A stretch of 64,000 nt of DNA from Octopus vulgaris. Taxonomy: Eukaryota. Shown here one piece after another: positions 23,490 through 38,766 of the stretch. The stretch is taken from contig OX597816.1 in assembly GCA_951406725.2 (NCBI GenBank), forward strand, positions 70,494,001-70,558,000. Reading direction: 5' to 3'. The notes beneath the pieces were generated by a model. The model saw only the letters and a program-made list of their open reading frames with translations, searched no databases and was not told the DNA's origin. The position numbers and the translations under genes are program-made. Positions within the stretch are counted from its first letter, which is position 1; the number at the start of each line of letters is the position of its first letter.

Positions 23490-25560
23490 ATTATAAATCT
23501 TCCACTGAGGAGGGAGCCGGTTTCCAACAAAGAATCATGGCTCCATCTTTGAGGTGTAGTTAACACAGAGAAATTCACATTTAGAACTTGAAAAAAGCCT
23601 CGCATATTTTCACTGTTCCACTAACAGATTACACTTGTAATGTACGAATCAGACGGTTAGTTTCTCTTTCTGAAATCCCAGTTTATCCAGATTCTCCTTT
23701 AAGCATTTACTAACAAAACCTAGTGCTCCAATTATTATTGGTATGAATATGAATTCATAGTTTGGATATAGAATCTGGAGGTTTTGAAGCAGTTGTCCAT
23801 AGATAGCCTCTTTTCCTTTGATTTTCAAAGAGGCATTTATATCTGCAGGGCAGCTAAACTCCATGATGGTAAATACCTGTGCCCCTCTGTCCCAAACAAT
23901 ATCCGACCTGTTATGCTTACAATTGACAGAAGTTTTGATAGGAATATTCCACTAGTATTTCTTGAGTTGGTGCTTATGAACGTATTCCATAACAGAGGGA
24001 TTTTCTAAGTTTATTTCAGGACAGTCTTTTTTGCGGATGGCATTGTAAATTGTTTTAGCAACAACATTGTGTCGCACAGGGAGGTAATGGAGTGACGACA
24101 TTTTAGGACAGCTGCTAATCACATGCGTGATGTCTTCCACAGAAACATGACATAGCCTAAACATGTGGTTGTACCTTGGGATTACTAGAGCGTCACTATC
24201 TCTCTTGTTCACCAGATACTTTGTGGCAATCTCCTGTTCCTGGATTGCAAACGCATAGCCTTCAAAGTGTGATGTGATGTAGTAGTCTTGTGTCCAAGAG
24301 AAGCTGCACTTTGTGTCAGTTCTACTGTCTTCTTCAAGTTTCCGGGCAACATACCCATACATGGTCATTTTTTTTTTGTATGCTGAGTGCTTTCCATCCA
24401 GGTCTTCTCTGAGGTAAGAGAGCCCAGTTGTTTTGGGGCTGTATATGAGATTATCAGGAAGAGAGTGTTTCTTGAGGAGTTCACTGCCTACTCGTACAAT
24501 GTTGCTCACTTCACTTTTCAGGGCAGCATTAATATATTTATTTTTGCTGCTGTTGTTTAGCAGGTGCTGCCTGAGTGTTACCACACGGCATTCGAAGGCC
24601 ATCTGCACAGTATGTATAAACAGCTTTGTTTATTAAAAGTTGTTCGACACATCTCCACACTCCACACTCCCTTCTTTCCATCAGCCTGTTCATCAGTCTC
24701 ATGTTGTTCGACTCACAATGGTCCTGGAGGAATTGGTTGAGGCAACTTGTGTACAGTTTGTACATAATGCTTAGGCAAGCAATGGGCCTGTAGTTTCCTA
24801 CCATCGGTGATTTTGGTTTTGGCAATAAGATTTGTCCTTGCTTTAGCAAGCCAATTTGGTATATCAGTCTGACCTTCTATAGTCCTTTTGAACATACATA
24901 TGAACTGGTTTCTATAAAATGTTTGCTTCTTGTAGCAATATCCAACTATTAGATAGGTCCCTTCCACGTGCTTTCCCATTCTGCAGTTTACCTACTGCTA
25001 TAGCGAAGGTTTCTGCATCAATTTTGTATGATTTACTGTTAGTGTTGGTACAGTATTCTCTCTCAATTGTATTTAACTATGATGCATTCAGGTTGAAATG
25101 CCTCTTTTCGTTCCAAATTTTTGACCAGAATGATTGTAGATCTTCTTGGGATGGAGCTTTCTTAATGGTAATATTTTCCTTCCTCATCTCTCTGTTTAAT
25201 GCTTTTAAGTTGGAAACAAACTTGCGATTGATACTGGTTCGTCCAAAAATTCGCTTGCGATAGCGGATTTTCTCGCTCATCGTCCCGAGTTCATGTCTTA
25301 AAGTGATCAGCTTTCCCTCAAGGGCTCGGTGTGAAGAGTTGCCATAAAGTTTCATTCATTTTTGTCTAAGGTAGAGTTGGTGAGGTGTAAACTCATTTTT
25401 CTCCTTACATTTTATTGTTGTAGTTAACCATCCAATATGGCGGCGTACGTTGTTGGTGTCTTCTTCAAGTTTTGTTTTCCATCTAGGTTGTTTCCGTTTA
25501 GTAACTTCGTTACTTTGTTCACTGTAGATTTCTCCTAGGTGTTCTTTATGAGTAATAATG
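23490..25560 (-). mobile_element. Decayed RLE-type (R4/NeSL-like) non-LTR retrotransposon with an internal RT deletion, flanked by (TG)n
   Basis: Frameshifted pieces FWSKIW, IPNWL, NYRPIACLSIMYKLYTSCL, FEGYAFAIQEQEI, RLCHVSVEDITHVISSC, RHN, EFSCPAD, FIPIIIGALG. No YxDD region seen. Confidence 0.88.
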
Positions 25561-25663
25561 GCTGTGTATATAAGAGTATTAATATTCCGTATGTATGCAT
25601 GCACATACATGTGTGTTTGTGTGTGTGTGTGTCTGTGTGTGTGCGTGCGCGCGCGCGTGTGTG

Positions 25664-25702
<39 letters not shown>

Positions 25703-26684
25703 GTGTGTGTGTGTGTGTGTATGTGTGTGTGTGTGTGTGTGTTTGTGCCTGCGTGTTACTGGAAGCCCATGCGAACCAGCGTTTTATGACATATTTGTGT
25801 ACGATCATATTTTACACGTTCGTGTTAAATATGATTGTCCAGTCGGATGTAGAAGAAATTTCGGAGCGAGAATAAGGAGAAAATTTTCCTTATACACTAC
25901 AGGAGCGAAAACGCCAACATTGAGCTCTGAATGACGTAAGTGGATCGCAGGACAAACGTGCATCGACCTCGTTAAGCTTCATCAGCTGCGAACACCAAAT
26001 CGGTCGTCCGCAGTCCTGCAGAAACGGCTGTTCGTTTATATAAGAACGACAAACAGCACATATGCCGATATGAACAATACACAGTAAATGTGAAATTAAT
26101 TAACTAGAAGTTCACGAAGCAGTGCTGAGGGAAATATATCTGAATGCAATCATATTGAATAAGTTCGTGTACACTGAGAATTCCCACGCGGAATGAAGCT
26201 TTTAATTAAACCACTATAAGGATTAGAACTTTCCAGTAACCACAATATAGCTTTTACTCTGCATATGTATTGAGTTCTCTTGCCATTTTTTTTTTCAAAC
26301 AGACATATCAAATATACTTGACTCTTATACACACAAACACGCAGATATGTATGCATAAGTGAGTGTACATACATGTGTGTCTTCTTACATCAGTATGACT
26401 ATGTGCATACATGTATGTGCGTACAAAGTATACAATTTATATGCCCTTCAGTATAATTGTAAATAGAATTATATACTGTTTTTTCGGCGGATGAAAAACT
26501 GGATTCTTCTTATTCCATCCATTGTGACCATCACTCCTTTTCAAGTGTTATATATTGGCATTTTGGTAATTTGTCACACGACCAAATTTCCACTGAATGA
26601 CGATGAAGCGTGAGTATACTCAAGTACCTTTAAATAAATGTGTATGTATGTATATATATATATATACATATACACGGCGTACAT

Positions 26685-26822
26685 ATATGTATGTATGTAT
26701 GTATGTATGCATGTATGTATGTATGTATGTAAGTAGGTAGGTAGGTAGGTAGGTAGGTAGGTAGGTAGGTAGGTAGGTAGGTAGGTAGGTAGGTAGGTAG
26801 GTAGGTAGGTAGGTAGGTAAGT
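26685..26822. repeat. (TATG)n followed by (TAGG)n microsatellite
   Basis: Directly visible. Confidence 0.95.
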
Positions 26823-26910
26823 AGATACATGTATACATACATACAAACATGCATTTAAAATTTAATAGATAAGGCATATATACATTAGTAAATATGTTCA
26901 TACAGATAAT

Positions 26911-26945
<35 letters not shown>

Positions 26946-27098
26946 ACATTATGCATATATATATATATGTGTGTGTGTATTTATCTATAAATATATATAT
27001 ATATATGTATGTATATATTAATGCATGTATGTAAATGAATACATTTATACATAAATACACATATACACATATATCTATCAGTTGTTATAATATGTGTA

Positions 27099-27151
<53 letters not shown>

Positions 27152-27272
27152 TTCCATTTAAGCATGCACATGTATTTGCACACGTATTTATATATATATA
27201 TACACATATACGTATATGCATGAGTGTATATGTGTGTGTACAGGTATGTACATATATATATATACAAACCTG

Positions 27273-27339
<67 letters not shown>

Positions 27340-27853
27340 ACTTCATGCATGCATGCATCCATCCATAAATACATACAAAGATATATACATACATACATAC
27401 ATACATACATACATACATACATACATACATACATACATACATACATACATACATACATACATACATACATACATACATACATACATGTACTGGTTGTTTC
27501 TATTCTTGTCATCGTCATCTCCAGCCATGCGCTGCTTTCAGCGACACACGGTGTCTTGAATTAAAATTCTGTTTGAAATAATGGTACAATCCAAAAACAA
27601 AAACGAAAAAGCAACGGTTTATTTGATTCCAACAAGCAAGAAGGGAAGCAGCTGCCGAACAAGACTGATGCCAAAAATAAAGAATGAAATATAGAAGATG
27701 GTTTCTTCACAACTTGAAGAATATTTTACGAGTACAAAACATGTTCTTCGATGACAGTGCCAAAAATGCATATACATATGTAATATGTATTCTGCATGCA
27801 TGAGCGTAGGCGTGTGTATACATAAATACATATCCATGTATGTGTATACATGA

Positions 27854-27944
<91 letters not shown>

Positions 27945-28046
27945 TGGAGTTCACGAAAAAACAAAAGACAAAGACAGGTGGTGTAGAAAAAAACAGATGT
28001 ATTAGTATATACATATATATAAATATATATATATATAGACATATAC

Positions 28047-28101
<55 letters not shown>

Positions 28102-28717
28102 TGTATATATATATATTGTTTTTACATACATAAATAGCTGCGTGCGAGTGAGCATGCATGTACGTGTGCATGCATGCATATGCGTACATGAATGTACACG
28201 CACCTGCGTGAATGGGTATTTGTATACGTGTGTGAGTGTTTGTTTGTGCGTTTGCCAACGTGTTTGTGCATACATGCTCACGTGCACGTTATGTGTGTAT
28301 GCCTGTTTTTAGATATGCGTGTAAATGCGTGTAGGTGTGTATATGCATGCACGTACAGATGCGCATGGATATGAGCGTGCACATGCGTTTGCTTCTCTTT
28401 GCGTGTGCGTGATAATGTGTGTGCAGATGTGGATGGATGCTGGATGGATGGATGGATGGATGGATGGATGGATACGTATCTATGAAAGTATATATTCGTG
28501 CCTTCCTTTTAATGTTGTCTTTGTGTTTTTCACGGGTTTTTTTCCCAGTTTCTTACGAATAAAGAAAGGGTCGATTTCTGGCTTGGGAAACAAGTTTCTA
28601 TCAATAGGATTTAGACATCCACAACTGAGTTGTCATGTGTGTACGTATAATAATGTCTGTATGTATGTATGTATGTATGTATGTTTGTATGTATGTATGT
28701 TTGTATGTATGTATGTT

Positions 28718-28749
28718 TCTATATATTCCTATATATATAAACGGCAAAA

Positions 28750-28792
<43 letters not shown>

Positions 28793-29086
28793 CCTTTATA
28801 CAAATCCACAATTTTTTAGTTGGAGGGCTCGCACTTTCTATGGTCATTCAAAACCGTCCAAGGATGGTCGTGCACATCTTTACATTTCCCCATTCACCTC
28901 GCAAAGCCATTAAAAAATCAATAGAAGTGACTTTTTTGTGAATTTTCTATCCAAAACCCAATCAAAATGCCCGAAACTTGATACTTGTATGTGATTGGTC
29001 GGAGATTAGGACAGTACTCGCGTGTATGTGCGCACGCACGCAGCTGTATATGCATGCACTAGCACTATGACCCGATCATAGTGCTA

Positions 29087-29088
<2 letters not shown>
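28718..29088 (+). mobile_element. Non-autonomous Helitron-like element
   Basis: 5' TCTATAT...TATATAAA..GTCTG(TG)n; perfect 3' hairpin ACTAGCACTATGA-CCCGA-TCATAGTGCTAGT (29058-29088) ending in CTAG-T. Confidence 0.6.
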
Positions 29089-29122
<34 letters not shown>

Positions 29123-29884
29123 TCATGCATATACACATTGATGTGCATATGTATACGTGTGCACAGACATGTATGACAATGCATGTCCAGAACCGTATAT
29201 TTTTGACTACGTTGTCTTGTAAGGACCAGACTATTCTTCCTAATTCCCCCCACTTTTCTATCTTCTGTTTTAATTGACTGAGACTTTACTATTTCAGCTG
29301 ACCGCAGGTTTGTGAGATAGTTGTGATTTGTAGGAACCAAAAATAGATGTATGAACACGCAAGGCGCGTGTGCAGACTGGGTTCGTGAAACAGAAGAGAA
29401 GAATGTGCATGTCAACATAAAAACGGAAGAGAAAGATAAAAATGTAATGCGCATGTCAAACAAGTAATATGATCGTCTGCATGCAACGCCTAACACCACT
29501 ACCACGCAGCTTTGCTGCAATTTCCTTGATATATTTTATTTCATCTTCAGTAGTCTCCTTTCATTTTAATATATTTATTTACGTGTTTTTCAGTCATATT
29601 TACCTACCTTCCATACTGGTATAGTCTCAATAAAAGTTTGCCTATGTCGGTGTTTTCCTTATTATAATCAGATTAGATAATAATGTTAGATGTCGCTAAC
29701 TTCATATTTAATTGACTCCATATTACATAATTTATAACTCGGCTGTGTCATCGTGTATCAGCTTTGTTCACTACTATTACACTATTACAGGTAACAAAAA
29801 TAGCCCGTTTTTATAACCCACAGCAATGTTTATGAATATATTTATATACTTATACATATGAATGTATATATATACATTAATATA

Positions 29885-30040
29885 TGGGTGTGTGGTAAGT
29901 AGCTTGCTTACCAACCACATGGTTCCGGTTTCAGTCCCAATGCGTGGCACCTTGGGCAAGTGTCTTCTACTATTGACTCGGGCCGACCAAAACCTTGTGA
30001 ATGGATTTGGTAGACGGAAACTGAAAGAAGCACGTCGTAT
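29885..30040 (+). mobile_element. Family C SINE, 5' part
   Basis: TGTGTGGTAAGTAGCTTGCTTACC...CACCTTGGGCAAGTGTCTT...GGAAACTGAAAGAAGC. Confidence 0.8.
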
Positions 30041-30964
30041 GTATGTGTGTATATATGTATATATATATATATATTTATATTAAGGGCATTTACGTGTAGT
30101 AATGCTCCTAATATAAATAAATATATTTAAAGGGAATAATTATGAATTTTTCCTTTATGAGGTTTTTCACCCTGACTACTTGATAAATACTTATAAAGAT
30201 TTTATCCTCTTTTTAAATATATATATTTTGAAATTTAATTTGGCATATATATATATAAACGCCAAATATATGAATAACTATTCATATGCATACATATAAC
30301 ATAGAAAGAATACATATGTTAATACACAATCCACATATGATTAACCGTAAGAATACAGACAGAAAAGAACATTAGAGGCAGATAGAAAGTAAGAAAATTT
30401 TAAATCTAGAATAAAGTAACAAATATAAAGGGGAATAAAGAAGAGGAGTAATGAGGTCGTTAAAATGTCCACAATTTAGTACTTTAGCGGATGATAGCCA
30501 GACTTACATATTATTAGTACAGTAGCAAGCATATGCTTATATGCATATGTAGATGACACGTGTATACACAGACAGAAATACGCTAATATGCGTGTGTGAG
30601 TGTGTGTGTGTGTGTGTGTGTGTAAGCAGATATACGTAAGAGAAAGAAACCCATGCATACGTACAAATACTAGGATATATGTATTTGTCTATGTATATGT
30701 TTATATGTGTTTATCTAGATATGTACGTATATAAGTATATATGTGTGTGTCTGTGTGTGTGTATGGATGTATGTGTATACATATATATATGTATATATGT
30801 GTATGCACAAATTCCTGTATGAATATATATGTGAGTGTGTGTGTATGTATGCATGTATGCATGGATGTATGTATCTGCCCGCCTATGTATGTATATATAC
30901 TCACTACTTTCTACTCGCCTTCTCTCCTCCCTTCCTTCTTTTTCCTCTCCTAAACAAACAGGAC

Positions 30965-31037
<73 letters not shown>

Positions 31038-31254
31038 CATTTTTAAAATCCTAATGTATATAGTCATAAAAATGTAAATATGTATATAATGAGATGCGTA
31101 CATTTACAGATATGTGAATATGTATCTAAAGAGAGAGAAAAAAGGAGACAGAAAGAGTTACTTTCGAAAGCAATGACTAAATCAAGAATAACATCTTGAA
31201 TTGTAATCAAATTTCAATGGGTTGACCACATCGATACAATATAATTGAAAAGAA

Positions 31255-31322
<68 letters not shown>

Positions 31323-31448
31323 TTGTCTCTCTCCTCCTCTTTGCTTTTCTTTCTCTTTCTTGCTTGTCCTGCCCCCTGTCTTCTTTTTCTCCTTTTCTCC
31401 AAAAGGCAAAATTTCTCTTCGATTCATATAACAGACGAAGCAACTTAC

Positions 31449-31656
31449 TGTTTTATTATCTTGATTTTTATCTCGAAGAGTTCGGTTAAACCAGGGGTTG
31501 CGAAAGGGGTGTCCGAGGGATCCCCTAGAGGGTCGGCGAGGAATTGAAGGAGGTCGATGATAGCCAGGGAGTCGAATGGGGGCTAGTGTGTGAAAGACCA
31601 GCTCACCCAGATGAACTGCTTGCAATACTTGGTCAGCGCCATGCCCATCCCTCACA
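31449..31656 (-). CDS. Candidate coding exon of an unidentified host gene
   Basis: GC-rich unique island, CATCAG acceptor, consensus donor ACA|GTAAGT and an open frame VRDGHGADQVLQAVHLGELVFHTLAPIRLPGYHRPP...DNKT. Confidence 0.4.
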
Positions 31657-31687
31657 CTGATGTTGTCAATTTCAATAAAAGATATTC

Positions 31688-31852
31688 CATATTTCGTCTG
31701 TCTCTACGCTCTGAGTTCAAATTCCACCGAGGTCGACTTTGCCTTTCATCCTTTCGGGGTCGATAAATTAAGTACCAGTTGATTACTGGGGTCGATCTAA
31801 TCGACTGGCCCCCTCCCCCCAAATTTCGGGCCTTGTGCCTAAAGTAGAAAAG
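31688..31852 (+). mobile_element. Head-less family B SINE with a 14-bp TSD
   Basis: TSD AATAAAAGATATTC at 31674-31687 and 31853-31866; the element starts at TATTTCGTCTG. Confidence 0.85.
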
Positions 31853-32404
31853 AATAAAAGATATTCTAGCAATATGATGCGTTTTTCACATTTTCTAACC
31901 GTAAAAGCAATTTCATAAAAATTGAAAGTTTAATGCTGAATACTCGTACTCGTAGTTTTAAGTGTAAAAAGTGTGCCATCTTCAATAGAATTTCTTAATT
32001 TGTCGTACGTGTATATTTTAGCTGACATTTTAATTGCCAGCATCAGTACCCGGTACATACTTAAGATATGGTACGGGGGGGGTAGGGTATTAAAATATCT
32101 TAAATGAGGAGAGTGGTCGATGCGGAAGGACAAGTGGGTGAAGGGGGTTGATAGTCGAAACAGTTTGGTGAGCCCTGTGTGTACTATGCATGTGTGTATG
32201 TACTATGTTTGTATGTATATATTTATGTGTATGTGTCTGCGTTTGTCAACCCCGCCATCGCTTGACAACTGATGCTGGTGTGTTTGTGTTCCCGTAACTT
32301 AGTCAAATGACTGAAACAAGTAAAGGAATTAAACAATAAAAGAACATATATATATATATATATATGTTCATGGTCGCCATGATAGATCGTTAGCCACTAC
32401 ACAC

Positions 32405-32562
32405 GTTTTTTTCTCTCCTTGTTTTTTCTGTGTCCCTTTCTGTAGAAGAGCGTAGGTTCGAAACGTAAAAGACTTTTTCTATTCCTGAGCGCTATATTAA
32501 TACATCTACTTGTTTTGTACACCACCTGTCTTCGTCTTTTTTTTTTCGTAAACTCTCCCTAT
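32405..32562 (+). mobile_element. About 160-180-bp non-coding element with a hammerhead-like core
   Basis: Near-identical copy at 35770-35942; fragments at 27944-28010 (minus) and 39458-39527. Ends in microsatellite. Confidence 0.75.
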
Positions 32563-33824
32563 ATATATACATATAAACACACACACACACACATATATTA
32601 ATTGCCAGTAGGGACACCGTATTTCGTTTGGCAGTCATAATATACTGCCGTATATTTTAAGGGTTAACAAATCAACAGTGTGTCCTACTTTCTGCGTTAA
32701 TAGTGCGATTTAATGACTTTTAAGTTATCTTTACAGATTTTCTATAGAATTTAGAATCAGTACTAAAATTTCAGTGTTTGCTCTAAACTCTATCGACAAT
32801 CTATGGCGATAACATAAAAGTAACGTGTGTGTGTGTGTGTATGGTGTGTATATATGGTATGTATGTATGTGAGAGTGTGTGTATATAAATATACATATAT
32901 ATATGTACAGTAAATATGTGTGTATACAATTATATATATGCATATATACCTATATGTATATACATGTTCATATATATATATATATATATACATGTTTATA
33001 TATATATATATATAAACATGTATATACATATAGGTATATATGCATATATATGCATATATATATGCATAAATATGTACATATATATACATTTATTTATGCA
33101 TGCATATATATATACAGATATATACATATATATATATACATATGCAAACATATATATATACACATATATATACATATACATACATACATATATACATATA
33201 CATATATATATATATACTTACATATATATACATATATATATATAAATATAATGTCTATGTCGCGCATGTATGACTGCATGCGCATATATGTGGGTGGCAG
33301 TAGTTTGAGTGTGCGTCTGTGTCTCTGTAGATGTGAATGTATATAAAAAAAAACTGAGAAAATCCTGTTTTCATTATCATCCTTTTTTTGCAAATCATTC
33401 GCTTGCAAATTTTTATTAATGCAGTTAATCTTTCTGTATCACACGAAATACACAGAAGTACGTGTTTGCAAAACAAACTTTTTAACACTACGGCTAAGCT
33501 AAGCTCAGAAAAGCTCTCGTTCGCTTGGGAGTGAAAATGAGAAGTTGTAATATGCAATACATTAACTGATGTTATAAATATTTAGGGCTTCTTACTATTC
33601 GTAAAGTTTCTAGTTTGGTCTCCAGAAATTGTGTTGGAGGAGAGTCATCTCATATACATTATATACCTGTTTAGATGCATTCGTATATTTATATAAATTA
33701 ATGTATATTTATGCATGCATTGTTATTTAGGTATGTATGAAATAATATATATGTGCGTGTATGTGTATTTATGTATGTATATATGAATATGTGTGTATGT
33801 GTATGAGTATGTATGTCTGTCTTT

Positions 33825-34165
33825 ATTCAGTTTTATTTCAAGATTTCTTGCCAACTGCGAAAGAAACGGTTTCTAGCTTAAATCCAAGGCTCCTTCATTG
33901 GAATTTCAACATCAACAACAGGGTATTTTTTGTATATTTGTATGTATACGTGCAGATTTGTATATTTTGTTTTATGTATGTCTTCTCATGCATATGCTTG
34001 CATATCTAGACATGTTCATATACACTTAAATGATAAACTTCTAGAAAGTTTTACAGATTTTTACAGTTCCAGTGATGGATTGGATCTGTAGTCTTTGAAT
34101 TAGCTTTCTTCTTTCTGGTTTTGAGAAGCCTAATTTCTCAAGATAGGTACTTAAGCAGTATGTTA
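33825..34165 (-). mobile_element. Short 3' fragment of an RLE-type retrotransposon in (TATG)n
   Basis: YLEKLGFSKPERRKLIQRLQIQSITGTVKICKTF*, similar to the C-terminus of the 23490-25560 element. Confidence 0.75.
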
Positions 34166-34183
34166 CATAAGTATGTATGTATG

Positions 34184-34217
<34 letters not shown>

Positions 34218-34716
34218 TGTATGTGTGCGTATAAATGTATATATGTATGTACATACGTACGTATGTATGCATGTATGTATGTTTGTATGTTTGTATGTAT
34301 GCATGTATGCATGTATGCATGTATGTATGTATGTGTGTGTGCGTATGTATGTATGTACGTAGTACGTATGTATGCATGCATGTATGTATGTATGTATGTA
34401 TGTATGTATGTATGTATGTATGTATGTATGTATGTATGTATGTATGTATGCATGTATGTATGTATGCATGTATGTATGTGTATGTATGTGAGAGAAAGAA
34501 CATAGAATTCACGTGATTCTTTATTATTCACAGCTATCGTTTTGACCCATTGTGCCTCGGTGCCTCACGGGTAAGATGCTACACAAAGAGTTGTGGTGCA
34601 TTGAAGGTACGGATTAATCTCCGTTTCGCTTATTTCTATTATAATAAATTTTGTTAAGTTGTAGCATATTACTAAACGGCATATTGCAATGTGTACACCC
34701 GAATATGAAATTTTCG

Positions 34717-35050
34717 TGGCTGTGTGGTAACTAGCTTGCTTACCAGCCACATGGTTCCGGGTTCAGTCCCACTATGTGGCACCTTGGATAAGTGTCTTCT
34801 ACTATAGCATACATATATATGTATGGGTGTGTCTGTTTGTATGTCTGTATTTGTCCCCCACACCATCGCTTGACAACCGATGTTGGCGTGTTCGCGCCCC
34901 TGTAATTCTAGCAGTTTGGCAAAAGAGATTGATAGAATAAGTACGAGGCTTACAAAGAATATGTTTTGGGGTCGATTTGTTCGACTAAAGGCGGTGCCCC
35001 AGCATGGCCGCAGTCAAATGACTGAAACAAATAAAAGAATAAAAGAATAC
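34717..35050 (+). mobile_element. Family C SINE (internally deleted)
   Basis: Head and core at 34717-34806; tail GGCGGTGCCCCAGCATGGCCGCAGTCAAATGACTGAAAC at 34990-35028. Confidence 0.85.
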
Positions 35051-35272
35051 ACACACACCTATATACATATATACAGGGTACGTCAGTTTTCTTAAGGCCA
35101 TTTGCATGAATTTAGAAAAAGCGCACAGTTTATCAAAAACTGAATTTGTAAACAAATTGGTAGCGCATGGGGAGGCTTGTTTCCGATCCTTTGTTATAAT
35201 TATGTATATAATTATTAATATATACATATATGATATGTAATATATATATACATACATACATACATACATACA

Positions 35273-35306
<34 letters not shown>

Positions 35307-35332
35307 CATACATATATATATATATATACATA

Positions 35333-35717
35333 TACGAGCAAAACGCTCCCCCCCCCGTTCAATGGACGGTGCTGAGTTGTCAAACATTTAAGCCAAATTT
35401 TCTCAAAACAACTTGTCCGACCGTCCCATAGGCCTCCCCTTTGATAAACACTGTTTTAACTTAAATTTGAGACACCAGCAAAAGAAGAAATAAAGATGGA
35501 CTTTTTTTTCTATTCCAAGAAAAACGATTTTACTAATGCACGTTCCCACGGCTTTATTGATTGCATTCTCACCTGGAATCAATTTTTGTCATTTTTTTCA
35601 AGACTTATACACGCCCTGATACCGTCGGTATCTACATATCAAATTTGAGCGCAATCGGATGGAGTATGCCCGAGATTCTAGAAGACACACACGGACAGAC
35701 AGAACGGATTTTATATA

Positions 35718-35722
<5 letters not shown>
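35333..35722 (-). mobile_element. Helitron/DINE-like non-autonomous element
   Basis: Minus strand begins TATATAAAATCCGTTCTGTCTGTCCG and ends near a small CCGT/ACGG hairpin; sits between (TA)n tracts. Confidence 0.45.
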
Positions 35723-35764
<42 letters not shown>

Positions 35765-35963
35765 CTCTCCTATCTCTCCTTGTTTCTTTCCTTGTTTTTT
35801 TTCTGTGTCCCTTTCTGTAGAAGAGCGTAGGTTCGAAACGTAAAAGACTTTTTCTATTCCTGGGCGTTATATTAATACATCTGTTTGTTTTGTACACCAC
35901 CTGTCATCGTCTTTTGTTTTGTTTTTTCGTAAACTCTCCCTATGTGTGTATGTGTGTGTGTGT

Positions 35964-36050
<87 letters not shown>

Positions 36051-36858
36051 TATTGTCTAGATTCCACAGTGCCATACAGAGATTAGAAGATCACTCTACT
36101 TCTTCCAGCATTGTTGTATTGGATGGAAAGCCAGGCACCATATAAAGCCTAATTATCTATTCCTGCTTTCATGTTCTCCGTCGATGGATTTTTCATACAT
36201 TGCGTTTATAAACAGCATCCTAGCCCGATGTAAATGTACTGCATAGGATCAAAAGACCTTCTAATCAAAGTAGAGTCCGGATTCATTGGTTACGTTCTAA
36301 GAAATTATTTATTCTCAACCATTTGAACATCGATAAATTCTATAGATAATTTAGCTTGTGTACTGGTCGCCTTTTCCTGGCTCACTCGCAAGTCTAAACA
36401 CTAAGAGCTGAAACTTTGCGAAAGAGTGTAACCTCACAACAGTGTTTATGAAATATTCTCGTGTTTTCCCTTTTAACTTTAGTAAGTTTCAAACGTTAAG
36501 CTATCTCCAAATCAAGCCGCCTTCTTGTATGTATAGATACAATGGGAAGTGAAGCTGTTTGAAAGACTTCAGACAAGTTTCAGACTCTGCTTTCCGCACT
36601 TATTCGTATGATTGAATTGGAATTATGTAATGAAGTCTTTTCTTATTTTAATTTAATATCTCACCTCTATCATTTTGTAATTACACTTCTTAAATATCAC
36701 AGAGAAATTTATCAAGGACGTTGTTATATATCTCCACAAGAATGTGTATATGTGTGTGTTCGTGTATGTGTGGTATGCATGCATACATCTGTGTGTGTAT
36801 GCGTACGTTTGTAATTGCATTTATAGGTGTATATGAGTATATAACATACATACGTTCA

Positions 36859-37156
<298 letters not shown>

Positions 37157-37971
37157 AAATTTTAAGTCAGTTAAAATATTCTTGGAACATATTTGACCAG
37201 CAAAAGACATTTCACTGCGGTCTGCCATGGATAAACATTCACTATGGATTGTTAAAGGGCGCTCTGAAGTGAATTTAATGCTTTTTAACGTCTTTTGCCG
37301 GAAGTTAAAATTTTGGGCTGACACAGGGAAATTGCTTCTTTACAGATCAAAGATTTCCCGAAACATATTAGAACTCTACACAACTGATTCACACCAACCA
37401 GAGGTGATCAATGATAGCATTCAACGATTATCGACGTCTACTAATTTCTTTGGAAGAGAGAGCAGACGATAACATCAACCTTGTATTCGACTCGTATATA
37501 GACTATATGGAAAGATGCAAAGCAAACTCGATCAAGCAGGACTTGAACTCGGGATGTAAATGGCATTAATTGAAAATGAACAGTGTAAGTTACTTAGCTC
37601 TGACGATTTACCAGTTCTATAAATGTGCTGCCATCTATTTTAACTATGGTAATTATATCCTAGTTCTTTTATATTCGCCATGATACAGGACTATCATATG
37701 TATTGTAATATTCTATCTCAATTACTTTGCATATATACATACATTCATACATACATACATTCATACTTACGTATATATGTATAGAGAGACAGAGAGGGGG
37801 AAAGATATATACACACACATATTTATGTGTGTGTGTGTGTGTGTGTGTATTACTTATATAAAAGCGTAACATAAATATGGATTCAGAGATTGGTGCCGCG
37901 CTCTCTTTTTCTCTCTTTCTCTTTCTTTCTCTCTTGCTCTCTCTCTCTCTCTGTCTCTTTATCTATCTGTT

Positions 37972-38015
<44 letters not shown>

Positions 38016-38071
38016 TAAATATATACATACATACTTACATACATATATATATATATATGTATGTATGTATG

Positions 38072-38135
<64 letters not shown>

Positions 38136-38317
38136 TCATTGCGCTCACCGATGTCTTAACCAGTTGGATGCATTTTCCAACAAAAAACACACGTGTGGAA
38201 TATAATGAAGCTTCTCTCATAAAATAACTGTAGTTATTGTGTTATATATCTTTTATATTTTCTCCTACCCCGTGAAGCTATTTTATATTTTAACGATAGC
38301 AGATATTGTATTATATC

Positions 38318-38407
<90 letters not shown>

Positions 38408-38599
38408 CCGTCATATCTATTATTTCATTATTTTCTATTGTAAGTGGTTTTTGTTTTTTTTTTTATTTCTTGCTTGCTTTTGATTTTTCCAGGCACGTGC
38501 GAATCTATGAGATATATTTCGAACATATATCTGTGCCTGTATGTACGTACATGTATTCATAAGTATACGTACGTTTGCAAGTATATATATATATGTATG

Positions 38600-38703
<104 letters not shown>

Positions 38704-38704
38704 C

Positions 38705-38766
<62 letters not shown>

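Noticed and set aside
37157-37320. Candidate minus-strand exon (also 27490-27570 and 53835-53955)
   Set aside because: Splice signals are weak or supplied by microsatellite; no recognisable protein.
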